Positions 41,225 through 50,625 of a stretch of 64,000 nucleotides of DNA are shown here, piece after piece. This DNA is from Gammaproteobacteria bacterium (GTDB lineage: Bacteria > Pseudomonadota > Gammaproteobacteria > CAJXQU01). The stretch lies in contig CBDEGZ010000003.1 of the NCBI GenBank assembly GCA_965238175.1, positions 896,001-960,000 of the forward strand, written 5' to 3'. The stretch's first letter is position 1, and each line of letters starts with the position of its first letter. Made by a program: the position numbers and the translations under genes. The notes under the pieces are model-generated. The model saw only the letters and a list, made by a program, of their open reading frames with translations. It made no database searches and was not told the origin of the DNA.

Positions 41225-42820
41225 ATGAGTGAAGCAGTAGCCCACCACGACGATCATCATGATCATAAACCAACAGGTATTGGTCGTTGGTTGTTTTCTA
41301 CAAATCATAAAGATATAGGTACTATGTACCTGTTGTTTGCACTACTGATGTTTTTTATTGGTGGTGCGATGGCAATGGTTATCCGTGCTGAGCTTTTCCA
41401 GCCCGGTCTTCAGTTTGTTAATCCTCAATTTTTTAACTCAATGACCACAATTCATGCTCTGGTAATGATATTTGGTGCGGTTATGCCAGCGGGTGTTGGT
41501 TTAGCAAACTGGTTGATCCCTCTGATGATTGGTGCACCTGACATGGCGCTTCCAAGGATGAACAATATGAGTTTTTGGATACTGCCTTTTGGTTTTACTC
41601 TATTGCTGTCAACCTTCTTCATGGATGGTGGTGCTCCTGCAGGTGGTTGGACAATGTATCCTCCATTAGTTTTGCAAACAGGTAACGCGTTTCCATTTTT
41701 GATCTTTACTGTTCATATTCTTGGTGTCTCATCAATCATGGGGGCAATTAATATTATTGCTACGGTGTTCAATATGCGTGCGCCTGGCATGACATTTATG
41801 AGATTGCCTCTTTTTGTCTGGACTTGGATCATTACAGCATTTTTGTTAATTGCTTCTTTACCAGTATTTGCTGGGGCAGTTACCATGCTGTTGACCGATA
41901 AATATTTTGGTACAAGTTTCTTTGCTGCTGCCGGTGGTGGTGATCCGGTAATGTTCCAGCATTTATTCTGGTTCTTCGGTCATCCAGAAGTATATATTTT
42001 GATATTGCCAGCATTCGGTATTGTGTCACAGATCATTCCAACGTTTGCACGTAAACCATTATTTGGATACGCATCAATGGTTTATGCAACGGCAGCCATT
42101 GCATTTTTATCATTTTTTGTTTGGGCACATCACATGTTTACAGTCGGCATGCCACTTGCTGGTGAGTTGTTCTTTATGTATGCAACCATGACGATAGCGG
42201 TGCCGACAGGCGTGAAGATATTTAACTGGGTGGCGACGATGTGGAGAGGGTCGATGACCTTTGAAACACCGATGTTGTTCTCTCTAGCCTTTGTTATTCT
42301 TTTCTCTATAGGTGGCTTTACGGGCTTGATGATGTCGGTTACACCCGTTGATTTTCAATACCATGACACCTATTTTATTGTAGCCCATTTCCATTATGTT
42401 CTAGTAACCGGTGCTGTTTTTGCGCTGATGGCAGCTGCGTATTACTGGTTACCTAAATGGACTGGTTATATGTACGACGAAAAGTTAGGGAAACTACATT
42501 TCTGGATTTCTACGATAACGGTAAATATCTTATTTTTCCCACAGCATTTCTTGGGATTAGCAGGTATGCCTAGACGAATTCCAGACTATGCAGTTCAGTT
42601 TGCTGATTGGAACATGGTGTCTAGTCTTGGTGGGTTTGCTTTCGGTCTGAGCCAATTGATATTTGTTGTGGTTGTATTCAAATGTATTCGTGGTGGTGAG
42701 AAAGCAACGGATCAAGTATGGGAAGGAGCTCATGGATTGGAGTGGACATTATCTTCACCACCACCTTTCCATTCGTTTACTGTACCTCCTAAGGTTACAG
42801 AAGAAACGGCTCATTCATAA
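41225..42820 (+). CDS. coxA: Cytochrome c oxidase subunit I (A1 type)
   Basis: GHPEVY, WAHH and HFHY motifs. Confidence 0.97.
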   Translation: MSEAVAHHDDHHDHKPTGIGRWLFSTNHKDIGTMYLLFALLMFFIGGAMAMVIRAELFQPGLQFVNPQFFNSMTTIHALVMIFGAVMPAGVGLANWLIPLMIGAPDMALPRMNNMSFWILPFGFTLLLSTFFMDGGAPAGGWTMYPPLVLQTGNAFPFLIFTVHILGVSSIMGAINIIATVFNMRAPGMTFMRLPLFVWTWIITAFLLIASLPVFAGAVTMLLTDKYFGTSFFAAAGGGDPVMFQHLFWFFGHPEVYILILPAFGIVSQIIPTFARKPLFGYASMVYATAAIAFLSFFVWAHHMFTVGMPLAGELFFMYATMTIAVPTGVKIFNWVATMWRGSMTFETPMLFSLAFVILFSIGGFTGLMMSVTPVDFQYHDTYFIVAHFHYVLVTGAVFALMAAAYYWLPKWTGYMYDEKLGKLHFWISTITVNILFFPQHFLGLAGMPRRIPDYAVQFADWNMVSSLGGFAFGLSQLIFVVVVFKCIRGGEKATDQVWEGAHGLEWTLSSPPPFHSFTVPPKVTEETAHS

Positions 42821-42831
42821 GAGAACTTCTA

Positions 42832-42966
42832 ATGACTGATCAAGATCAAAATTATAGTAAAAAAGATATGGCAGCGCGTAGCGCTGCCACTAATCGTACT
42901 GTCGGTTTTTTAGTTTTACTTGTTGTTAGTATTTACGGTGGTTACATTTTTTATCACTATATGTGA
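42832..42966 (+). CDS. Small single-TM protein within the cox operon (44 aa)
   Basis: Hand translation MTDQDQNYSKKDMAARSAATNRTVGFLVLLVVSIYGGYIFYHYM*; fills the coxA-ctaG gap. Confidence 0.6.
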   Translation: MTDQDQNYSKKDMAARSAATNRTVGFLVLLVVSIYGGYIFYHYM

Positions 42967-43532
42967 TTCACAGAGAAGGGCATATTTTGAAAAAGGAAGG
43001 AATCAAATTAACGACGAAGAGATTGTATCTGCTTGCTATCTTTATGTTTGGCTTTGGTTTTGCATTGGTTCCTATATATAACGTTTTTTGTGAAGTCACC
43101 GGTTTAAATGGGAAAACTGGAGAGCTCGCTGTTAGCGAAACTGAAGCACTTGTTGTGGATGAAGATAGATTGGTGACTGTTGAGTTTGATACTAATTTAA
43201 ACGAAGAGTTGCCTTGGAGTTTTACTGCAAAAGAATACAAAATGAAAGTGCATCCAGGTCAGGTTTCTGATGCAATTTTTGTGGTTAAGAACAAGACTAG
43301 TCGGTCAATAATTGGTCAAGCAATACCAAGTGTGGCACCAGCACAAGCATCTCTATTTTTTAACAAAACAGAATGTTTTTGTTTTACACGACAAACTTTA
43401 CAAGCACATGAAGAGCGTGAAATGTTAGTGCGGTTTGTCGTTGATACAAAATTGCCCGAAAAAATAGAAACAATGACGCTTTCTTATACATTCTTTTTAG
43501 CCACGGATGAAAATGAAATTACAAAACTCTGA
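42963..43532 (+). CDS. ctaG: Cytochrome c oxidase assembly protein CtaG/Cox11
   Basis: FCEVTG and KTECFCF motifs. Confidence 0.94.
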   Translation: MIHREGHILKKEGIKLTTKRLYLLAIFMFGFGFALVPIYNVFCEVTGLNGKTGELAVSETEALVVDEDRLVTVEFDTNLNEELPWSFTAKEYKMKVHPGQVSDAIFVVKNKTSRSIIGQAIPSVAPAQASLFFNKTECFCFTRQTLQAHEEREMLVRFVVDTKLPEKIETMTLSYTFFLATDENEITKL

Positions 43533-43602
43533 ATGATTGAAGTTTGATGAAGCAGTTTATTAAGTAGAAATTAAAAAGAAGTAATAATATAGAGGAAAAA
43601 TT

Positions 43603-44487
43603 ATGTCTGATTCTGAAACTTATTTTATTCCAGAACCAAGCGCTTGGCCGATAGTTGGTTCGGCTGCTCTGTTCATTGCCTTTGTTGGTGGTGCATTGTT
43701 TCTGAATGGGTCAATGCCAATGTTCGGATCATTTGTTCTTGGACTAGGTATTGCAGCCATTATTTATATGTACTTTGGTTGGTTTTCAGACGTTATCGAT
43801 GAGAGCTTGGCAGGAAAATACAGTAGCCAGGTGGATATTAGTTTCCGGTGGGGGATGGCCTGGTTCATATTCTCAGAAGTAATGTTCTTCGCGGCCTTTT
43901 TTGGCGCCCTTTATTATGCCCGAGTTTTATCAGTTCCATGGCTTGGGGGGGAAGGAGCGGGTCTTCTGACTAACCAGGTTTTATGGCCTGATTTTGCACC
44001 TGAATGGCCAATTGATGTTGTTCCAGATTTTGCTCAGTTTACAGCCCACATATATGACGAAGTTATTCATGCGTGGGGTGTACCTGCAATTAACACGGCG
44101 ATACTTCTTTTAAGTGGTGTGACAGTTACCTTTGCTCACTGGGCTCTTAAAAAAGATAATCAGAAAGGTCTGGTTACTTGGTTATTGATTACCGTGTTAC
44201 TTGGTGTCCTTTTTGTATACCTACAAGCTCTTGAATATCATGAAGCGTACAGCGTATTAAATCTTAAAATGTCTTCAGGTATTTATGGTTCGACTTTCTT
44301 TATGTTAACTGGCTTCCATGGTTTTCACGTAACAATGGGTACATTGATGCTAGCTGTGATCATGTTCAGAGCAATGAAAGGACATTTCACACATGAAAAT
44401 CATTTTGCTTTTGAAGCAGTTGCCTGGTATTGGCATTTTGTAGATGTGGTTTGGTTAGGATTGTTTATTTTTGTTTATTGGTTGTAA
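43603..44487 (+). CDS. coxC: Cytochrome c oxidase subunit III
   Basis: FIFSEVMFF, TGFHGFHV and WYWHFVDVVW. Confidence 0.96.
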   Translation: MSDSETYFIPEPSAWPIVGSAALFIAFVGGALFLNGSMPMFGSFVLGLGIAAIIYMYFGWFSDVIDESLAGKYSSQVDISFRWGMAWFIFSEVMFFAAFFGALYYARVLSVPWLGGEGAGLLTNQVLWPDFAPEWPIDVVPDFAQFTAHIYDEVIHAWGVPAINTAILLLSGVTVTFAHWALKKDNQKGLVTWLLITVLLGVLFVYLQALEYHEAYSVLNLKMSSGIYGSTFFMLTGFHGFHVTMGTLMLAVIMFRAMKGHFTHENHFAFEAVAWYWHFVDVVWLGLFIFVYWL

Positions 44488-44509
44488 GAAACCAGATCAA
44501 AGATTGAAT

Positions 44510-44537
44510 AAAAAAGCGCCTATATGGCGCTTTTTTT
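44510..44537 (+). terminator. Rho-independent terminator (possibly bidirectional)
   Basis: AAAAAAGCGCC-TATAT-GGCGCTTTTTTT. Confidence 0.9.
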
Positions 44538-44662
44538 GTGTTGAATTAAGCCGTAGGTAGAAAAGTAATTTTTTATTGACTGCGTCCTGATCTACAAATT
44601 TACTAAACTTGTATTAGTAAAAATTAATATAGACATAAATTACTGCGTTTGGAGGTGTTCAA

Positions 44663-44767
44663 ATGTGGTTTGTCATATTTCATGTCTTAGCAATTTTAGT
44701 ATTGATCAGACATTTTAGTGGTTTGTTGTTTGGAATTTTAGTTTTTGTCGCTGCGATATTTTTATGA
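44663..44767 (+). CDS. 34-aa hydrophobic small protein
   Basis: GGAGGT RBS; MWFVIFHVLAILVLIRHFSGLLFGILVFVAAIFL*. Confidence 0.5.
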   Translation: MWFVIFHVLAILVLIRHFSGLLFGILVFVAAIFL

Positions 44768-44769
44768 TT

Positions 44770-44862
44770 CAAAAAGAAGGGGTGGGTTGCCATCCGTAGC
44801 AAGATGACTTCCTGTCAAAGGCCATCCTTAGGAGCCTGCATCCTGCTGCCACGCCCACCTGA
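44770..44862 (-). ncRNA. Candidate Csr/Rsm-like GGA-hairpin RNA or repeat
   Basis: Four GGA motifs in short hairpin loops, closed by a GGTGGG/CCCACC stem and followed by a U tract. Confidence 0.4.
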
Positions 44863-44924
44863 ATACAGTAACGGCAGGCGTGACAATAACTTTAAGAATG
44901 AAATGACTCGATTTTATTTTTGAG

Positions 44925-45473
44925 CTAAATTTTGCCGTCTAGACCCATTTGATAATACTTGTGAGTAAGAGAGTCCTGATTTTCCAATAACCAGTCAATA
45001 GATGGTTCATTATTCATAGCTTTGTGTATGGCTTGTGTGGTGGCTTTACGATGTATATCAAATAAGATTTTATGATCTAGATTGTCATCGGTCGCAACAG
45101 AAGGGTTTAACCATACTGATACGATGATTCCAAGATCATTTGCTTTTTCTTTAGGTATATCCCCTGCGCGTACGGCATCTAAAACACCATTCGCAATTGC
45201 ACCTTGGACAGTTCCCATCAGGATATTTGTATAACGGCTATTATTCACTGTGACTTTACTAACCATTAAAGTGACGGGCCGCACTTGTATATCTGTGTTC
45301 ATAATCGCAAAAACTCGCGAATGTCCTTTTACTTGATCGCCGGTCAAAGTAGCAAGTGCTGTCCCTACTGGGCCATCTAGCTCACCAATAATAATTTCTG
45401 GTTCCGCTGCTGTGCCGGGAGGGCCACCTGCTACCAATGCCTCACCGGTACGCATAATAATTCTTTCACTCAT
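44925..45473 (-). CDS. fae: Formaldehyde-activating enzyme homolog (divergent Fae2/Fae3 type)
   Basis: GEALV, PVTLMVSKVT, QGAIANGVLDAV and EPSIDWLL motifs. Confidence 0.85.
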   Translation of the reverse strand: MSERIIMRTGEALVAGGPPGTAAEPEIIIGELDGPVGTALATLTGDQVKGHSRVFAIMNTDIQVRPVTLMVSKVTVNNSRYTNILMGTVQGAIANGVLDAVRAGDIPKEKANDLGIIVSVWLNPSVATDDNLDHKILFDIHRKATTQAIHKAMNNEPSIDWLLENQDSLTHKYYQMGLDGKI

Positions 45474-45627
45474 ATGTTTTCTCCTAAAATCAGCGATGGT
45501 ATCAGACAGTGAAGATTTTTTGTATTAAATAGTGAAGGTGACAATGAAACTATTAAGAATTGGGCGCTAAGAGAAAAAACGTTTTGTAGTTTAAGAAAAA
45601 AGCATACTACGAGATTTTGAAATTATT

Positions 45628-46143
45628 TTAAGGTAGTAATTTCGGCTTCATATAGTCTACTATTTGCCAAGCTCCTGATTGTGTAGAACTAGTGACATCG
45701 ATCAATTTTAGCACTGTTATCGCGGCCGTAGGCATCAGGTTTCCAGTTGCTTGTTTGGGGATTTGATTCCCACTGAGATATAAAATTAATTCACTCAGAC
45801 CTGGGTTATGACCGACGAGCATATTGATTTTATTTTGCTCTAGATCGCCAGTTATGATGGCTAATAACTGTGTAAGTTTTGCATTGTAAATGGAATGCTC
45901 CCATTGAATATTCTCTTGTGATAACGGCCAAGATTTTCCTACTAAATTAATTGTCTCTTTAACACGTTGAGCGGGTGAACAGATAACACGATCCGGCGTA
46001 TAATTTTGATCAATTATCCATTTGCCGATAAGAGGAGCATCTTTGTATCCGCGATCAGATAAAACGCGATCGAAATCAGGTTGATCACTGATATTCCAAT
46101 CAGATTTTGCGTGGCGCATAATGAGAAGCATTGTTGAATTCAT
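45628..46143 (-). CDS. sixA: Phosphohistidine phosphatase SixA family
   Basis: RHAKS and VGHNPG motifs. Confidence 0.85.
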   Translation of the reverse strand: MNSTMLLIMRHAKSDWNISDQPDFDRVLSDRGYKDAPLIGKWIIDQNYTPDRVICSPAQRVKETINLVGKSWPLSQENIQWEHSIYNAKLTQLLAIITGDLEQNKINMLVGHNPGLSELILYLSGNQIPKQATGNLMPTAAITVLKLIDVTSSTQSGAWQIVDYMKPKLLP

Positions 46144-46262
46144 AAGCAAAGGTTATCACAGAAAAAAGCATTGGTAATCTGTAGAGTTGATACTGACAGA
46201 CTAATTCAAAAGCCACTACTATATTAACTAAGTACTATGATAATAAAAGTTTGGAGATAAAC

Positions 46263-47537
46263 ATGAAGATTGAAACACTTGCAATACATGCCGGATATGA
46301 ACCGGACCCAACAACAAAAGCAGTCGCTGTACCGATTTATCAAACTACATCCTACGCATTCGATAACACTCAGCATGGGGCGGATCTTTTTGATCTAAAA
46401 GTTGAGGGTAATATCTATACCCGAATAATGAATCCAACAACTGCGGTTTTGGAGCAGCGCGTAGCAGCAATGGAAGGTGGTATAGGTGGGCTCGGATTAA
46501 GCTCTGGTATGTCAGCGATCACATATTCGATTATGACACTTGCGCAGGGTGGATCTAATATTATTAGTACGTCTACACTTTACGGCGGAACATACAATTT
46601 ATTTGCTCATACATTGCCGCAATATGGAATTGATGTTCGTTTTGCAGCTTCTTCTGATCTGGACAAAATGGCTTCCTTAATCGATGAAAATACCAGAGCA
46701 ATCTTCTGCGAATCTATTGGGAATCCAGCAGGGAATGTCGTTGATATCGAAGCGATTTCCGAAATGGCTCACAGTCATGGTATTCCAGTTATTGTTGATA
46801 ATACAGTTCCTACGCCGTATTTATGTCAACCGATTAATTGGGGTTGCGATATTATCGTGCACTCTCTGACAAAATATATGGGTGGTCATGGAACCAGCAT
46901 TGGTGGTGTATTAGTAGATTCAGGTAAATTTGATTGGTCGGCAAACAAAGAACGGTTTGCATGCCTGAATGAACCTGATCCTTCCTATCATGGTGTGGTC
47001 TATACAGAAGCATTAGGACCAGCGGCATATATAGGTCGAGCGCGTGTGGTGCCACTGCGTAATATGGGAGCAGCAATTTCACCAATGAACAGCTTCCAGA
47101 TCCTTCAAGGTATCGAAACGCTACCTGTAAGAATGGATAGACATTGTGAAAATGCACTCGCGGCGGCAAAATATTTGCGTGATCTGCCACAAGTTGAATG
47201 GGTGAACTATTCTGGTTTGGATGATCATCCAGATCATGAGTTGGTTCAAAAATATATGGGTGGCCGGGCTGCCGGTCTTTTGTGTTTTGGAATTAAAGGC
47301 GGCAAAGAAGCAGGTGCAAAATTTATTGATGCACTGAAATTGATCACACGACTGGTTAATATTGGTGATGCAAAATCCTTAGCTTGTCATCCTGCCAGCA
47401 CAACTCATAGACAATTATCAGAAGACGAATTAGCAACCGCTGGCGTTAGTGAAGATTTGGTTAGACTTTCTATTGGTATAGAACATATTGACGATATTAT
47501 TGAGGATATTGAGCAGGCCCTAGCTGCAGCAAAATAA
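46263..47537 (+). CDS. metY: O-acetylhomoserine/O-acetylserine sulfhydrylase
   Basis: PIYQTTSY, YTRIMNPT, HSLTKY (PLP lysine) and HPASTTHRQL. Confidence 0.9.
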   Translation: MKIETLAIHAGYEPDPTTKAVAVPIYQTTSYAFDNTQHGADLFDLKVEGNIYTRIMNPTTAVLEQRVAAMEGGIGGLGLSSGMSAITYSIMTLAQGGSNIISTSTLYGGTYNLFAHTLPQYGIDVRFAASSDLDKMASLIDENTRAIFCESIGNPAGNVVDIEAISEMAHSHGIPVIVDNTVPTPYLCQPINWGCDIIVHSLTKYMGGHGTSIGGVLVDSGKFDWSANKERFACLNEPDPSYHGVVYTEALGPAAYIGRARVVPLRNMGAAISPMNSFQILQGIETLPVRMDRHCENALAAAKYLRDLPQVEWVNYSGLDDHPDHELVQKYMGGRAAGLLCFGIKGGKEAGAKFIDALKLITRLVNIGDAKSLACHPASTTHRQLSEDELATAGVSEDLVRLSIGIEHIDDIIEDIEQALAAAK

Positions 47538-48469
47538 TGCAAAAAACGTTTTTTTTGATTGTAGTTCTATTAAGTGTACCCGCTTTGGCGATTGATGCCG
47601 AAACAGGTGCGCAGTATGCTGCAAAAGGAGATTATGCAACGGCATATAATATTTGGAAGGTTTTTGCTGAGGAAGGTGATCCACTGTCGCAGTTCTATTT
47701 GGGTGTTTTGTACGAAAAAGGTAGTGGTGTAGAAAAAGACTATCCACAAGCATTATTCTGGTATATCAAATCAGCCGAACAAGGTGTCGCAAAAGCAAGC
47801 TATAACATCGGTAATATGTTTTTTAATGGTCGTGGCGTAAGTCGGGATTATAAGGAAGCTGAACGGCGTTTTAGGCTTGCTGCCGAGCTGAACTACCCAC
47901 CTGCACAATATAATCTTGCTTACACCTTAGACAAAAGTTTAAATGGCGAAAAAAATCCAACAGAAGTATTTAACTGGTATTTAAAAGCAGCTAAAAATGG
48001 TGTGCAAAAAGCAAAATCTAAAGTTGGTAAAATGTATGAGGTTGGTATTGGTGCTGCACAGGATAAAGAAAAAGCGATCTACTGGTACGAAAAAGTTGTG
48101 AGTAAAGATCCTGAGATCCGGATCCGTTTAGCCAAACTATATCTTGATGATCAAAATCGGGTGGAAGAAGGGATCCGTTTATTACGATCAAGTGCTGAAA
48201 ACGGCGATAAACTAGCCCAGTATCAACTTGGTTATCTTTATGGGCAAGGAGAAAAAGTTAAGCAGGATTATGAGCAAGCCACTTTTTGGTATAAACGTGC
48301 AGCGAAACAACAAGTCCCTGAAGCACAATATCTTTTATGTCTTTCCTACTCCTTAGGCAAAGGTGTCCCAGTGGATATGGCCGTAGCCCAAGCCTGGTGT
48401 GAGGCAGCTGTAATAAACAAAGCAGAAGGTGCCGAAGAAGCGTTAAAAGAGATCAAAGAGTCGCGATGA
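47537..48469 (+). CDS. Secreted Sel1-like repeat protein
   Basis: Signal peptide; multiple AQYxLGxxYxxGxGVxxD repeats. Confidence 0.9.
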   Translation: MQKTFFLIVVLLSVPALAIDAETGAQYAAKGDYATAYNIWKVFAEEGDPLSQFYLGVLYEKGSGVEKDYPQALFWYIKSAEQGVAKASYNIGNMFFNGRGVSRDYKEAERRFRLAAELNYPPAQYNLAYTLDKSLNGEKNPTEVFNWYLKAAKNGVQKAKSKVGKMYEVGIGAAQDKEKAIYWYEKVVSKDPEIRIRLAKLYLDDQNRVEEGIRLLRSSAENGDKLAQYQLGYLYGQGEKVKQDYEQATFWYKRAAKQQVPEAQYLLCLSYSLGKGVPVDMAVAQAWCEAAVINKAEGAEEALKEIKESR

Positions 48470-48554
48470 TAATTGAGTAGATCAAAGGAGTGGCTATACT
48501 TGCACTAATGTTGAACCAAGAATAATAGAAGATTCGTTGAGTAAATTATTATTT

Positions 48555-48631
48555 CGTAGGGCAGCTTACTAGTGCATGGATGCACGTAGTTAGAACAATG
48601 CGGGGGCAATTGTTGAGCGCAGCGTAAGCCG
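48555..48631 (+). repeat. GTAG-type REP-like palindrome with an internal hairpin insert
   Basis: CGTAGGGCAGCTTAC ... GTAAGCCG arms enclosing GTGCATGGATGCAC. Confidence 0.45.
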
Positions 48632-48746
48632 GCATTTAATCTTAATGAATAGAGCTGTGTTTAGTTTCGTGGTTCTGGTTAGATATAGCGTAATTTAGGA
48701 TAGATGGTGGCTGCATATTTAGGCTCTTAAATAAGTTCCATTGACG

Positions 48747-49211
48747 CTATTGTCCCGTTCGTCGGATCAATTCCATAATCTCTTCACGCAGTAGTAGGTC
48801 AGACAAAATGCTGTCATCTGCGCAAAGCAATTGTATATCCAATCCCTCTCTTCGCGCTATAAAGGAAGTCTTATGTAAAGTGCCAGAGACGCCGTTTATA
48901 ATGGAGGTGTCTGCTTTCACCATACCTAACAGGAACGCCGCTTGATCTGTTTTTTTCGAACCATCAATTATGGTTATCTCATAGTATTGCCGAGATAAAC
49001 GCAAAGCTATAGCCTCTGATCGCTTTCCTAGTGCAACCTTTGACTCAATAGATTTGTCTTCTATTTCAGCCATATCAATATGTTCGACAGCGTCCTCAAT
49101 GAGTGTCGGCGGTAAGCATGCCGTTGTTGCAGCTATAGGCCACAGTACAAAACAGATTAGTGTTAACTGTTTAGATATTATCTTCATTGAGGAATTATAT
49201 GCGTTTTCCAT
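48747..49211 (-). CDS. Hypothetical exported protein
   Basis: 154-aa ORF with an N-terminal hydrophobic signal; start may be 49187. Confidence 0.6.
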   Translation of the reverse strand: MENAYNSSMKIISKQLTLICFVLWPIAATTACLPPTLIEDAVEHIDMAEIEDKSIESKVALGKRSEAIALRLSRQYYEITIIDGSKKTDQAAFLLGMVKADTSIINGVSGTLHKTSFIARREGLDIQLLCADDSILSDLLLREEIMELIRRTGQ

Positions 49212-49275
49212 ACCAGACAGCTATAAACTGCCTAATTCACAAATAGGGTTCTAGGTGAGTAGTTAATAAATAACC

Positions 49276-50620
49276 TGATGTGATGGTCTCCTCCCCCTAA
49301 CGGCATCTAGGTGCCATGATTGAACTGACATACACACAATCAAAAGAGGAGAAGACCAAAATGAAGACTACAACAATCGGGTTAGACATAGCAAAAAACG
49401 TATTTCATGCTGTCTGCTGTAATCAACAAGGGCGTATAATCAAAAAGAAAATGTTAAAGCGAGCGCAGGTACTCTCCTTTTTTCAATCTCAACCTCCTTG
49501 TTTAGTCGCAATAGAATCTTGTGCAACGTCACAGTATTGGGCCCGAGCGATACAACAACAGGGACATCAGGTGAAATTACTACCACCTCAGCATGTTAAC
49601 GCATTTCTAATCGGCAATAAGAATGATTATAACGATGCCTTGGCCATCGCCGTTGCTGCGAAACAACCTCATTTAAAAAGTGTGGGCATTAAATCAGTTG
49701 AGCAACAAGACAACCAGGCACAACATAAAGCAAGAGACTTAGCGGTCAGACAAAGAACCGCATTATGTAACCAAATGAGAGCGCTTGTTGCAGAATATGG
49801 CATTAGCCTTCGTCCCGGCCTAAATACCCTACGTCAATCTATCCCGTTGCTATTAAGTGATGAGAACGAACGGTTGTCCGTTACTTTCAAAAGGATACTG
49901 CGCCAGCTAAAGGAACAATGGCAATCACTTGATGCCTGTATTGCGACATTTGACCAATTGATCATTCAATCGGCAAAAAACAATGCGATTTGCCAACGCT
50001 TACAAACTATTCCAGGGTTTGGGCCGATGGTCTCGAGCGCGTATTTTAATGAAGTGGGAAACGGCGCTCATTATCACAAAGGGCGCGATGTGTCCGCCTC
50101 ATTAGGACTTGTTCCACGACAGTACAGTAGTGGTGGTAAAGAGGTGCTACTGGGGATCAGTAAACGCGGCAATAAATACCTTCGTTGTTTGTTAATTCTA
50201 GGCGCGAAGGCCGTGGTATCAAGAGCCAAAACGAAAGGCGATAAACTGAGTCAATGGATTAATCGTTTAGTTGAGACGCGGGGGCATAATCGAGCGTGTG
50301 TGGCGTATGCCAACAAAATGGCAAGAATGGCCTGGGCTATAACGGTTTCTGGTGATGACTACTCACCGGCCTAAATAGAGAGAACAAATCATTTCAACGA
50401 ATTGCGAAGGTAAAACTAAAGATGGCATAACAGGTCAAACCAGCCTATTGAAAACCTGTCGAGCTCAGGGGTAACTAATACCGATAACCTGATAAGGAAA
50501 ATAGGCGCGTAATACATCCAGGTCAGAAGTTGAAAACTTCATTGAAGGCCGTATATATGACAGCAATCCTGTCCCTGTTATCTGAATGTTTTATCTTGCA
50601 ATACGGGAGGAGACCATATA
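49276..50620 (+). mobile_element. IS110 family, IS1111-group insertion sequence
   Basis: 13-bp sub-terminal IRs ATGGTCTCCTCCC (49283-49295) and GGGAGGAGACCAT (50605-50617), set 7 and 3 nt from the ends; long 3' non-coding region. Confidence 0.85.
49361..50374 (+). CDS. IS110-family DEDD recombinase/transposase
   Basis: IGLDIAK, AIESC, KNDYNDA and GLVPRQYSSGGK. Confidence 0.93.
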   Translation: MKTTTIGLDIAKNVFHAVCCNQQGRIIKKKMLKRAQVLSFFQSQPPCLVAIESCATSQYWARAIQQQGHQVKLLPPQHVNAFLIGNKNDYNDALAIAVAAKQPHLKSVGIKSVEQQDNQAQHKARDLAVRQRTALCNQMRALVAEYGISLRPGLNTLRQSIPLLLSDENERLSVTFKRILRQLKEQWQSLDACIATFDQLIIQSAKNNAICQRLQTIPGFGPMVSSAYFNEVGNGAHYHKGRDVSASLGLVPRQYSSGGKEVLLGISKRGNKYLRCLLILGAKAVVSRAKTKGDKLSQWINRLVETRGHNRACVAYANKMARMAWAITVSGDDYSPA

Positions 50621-50625
50621 TGAAC

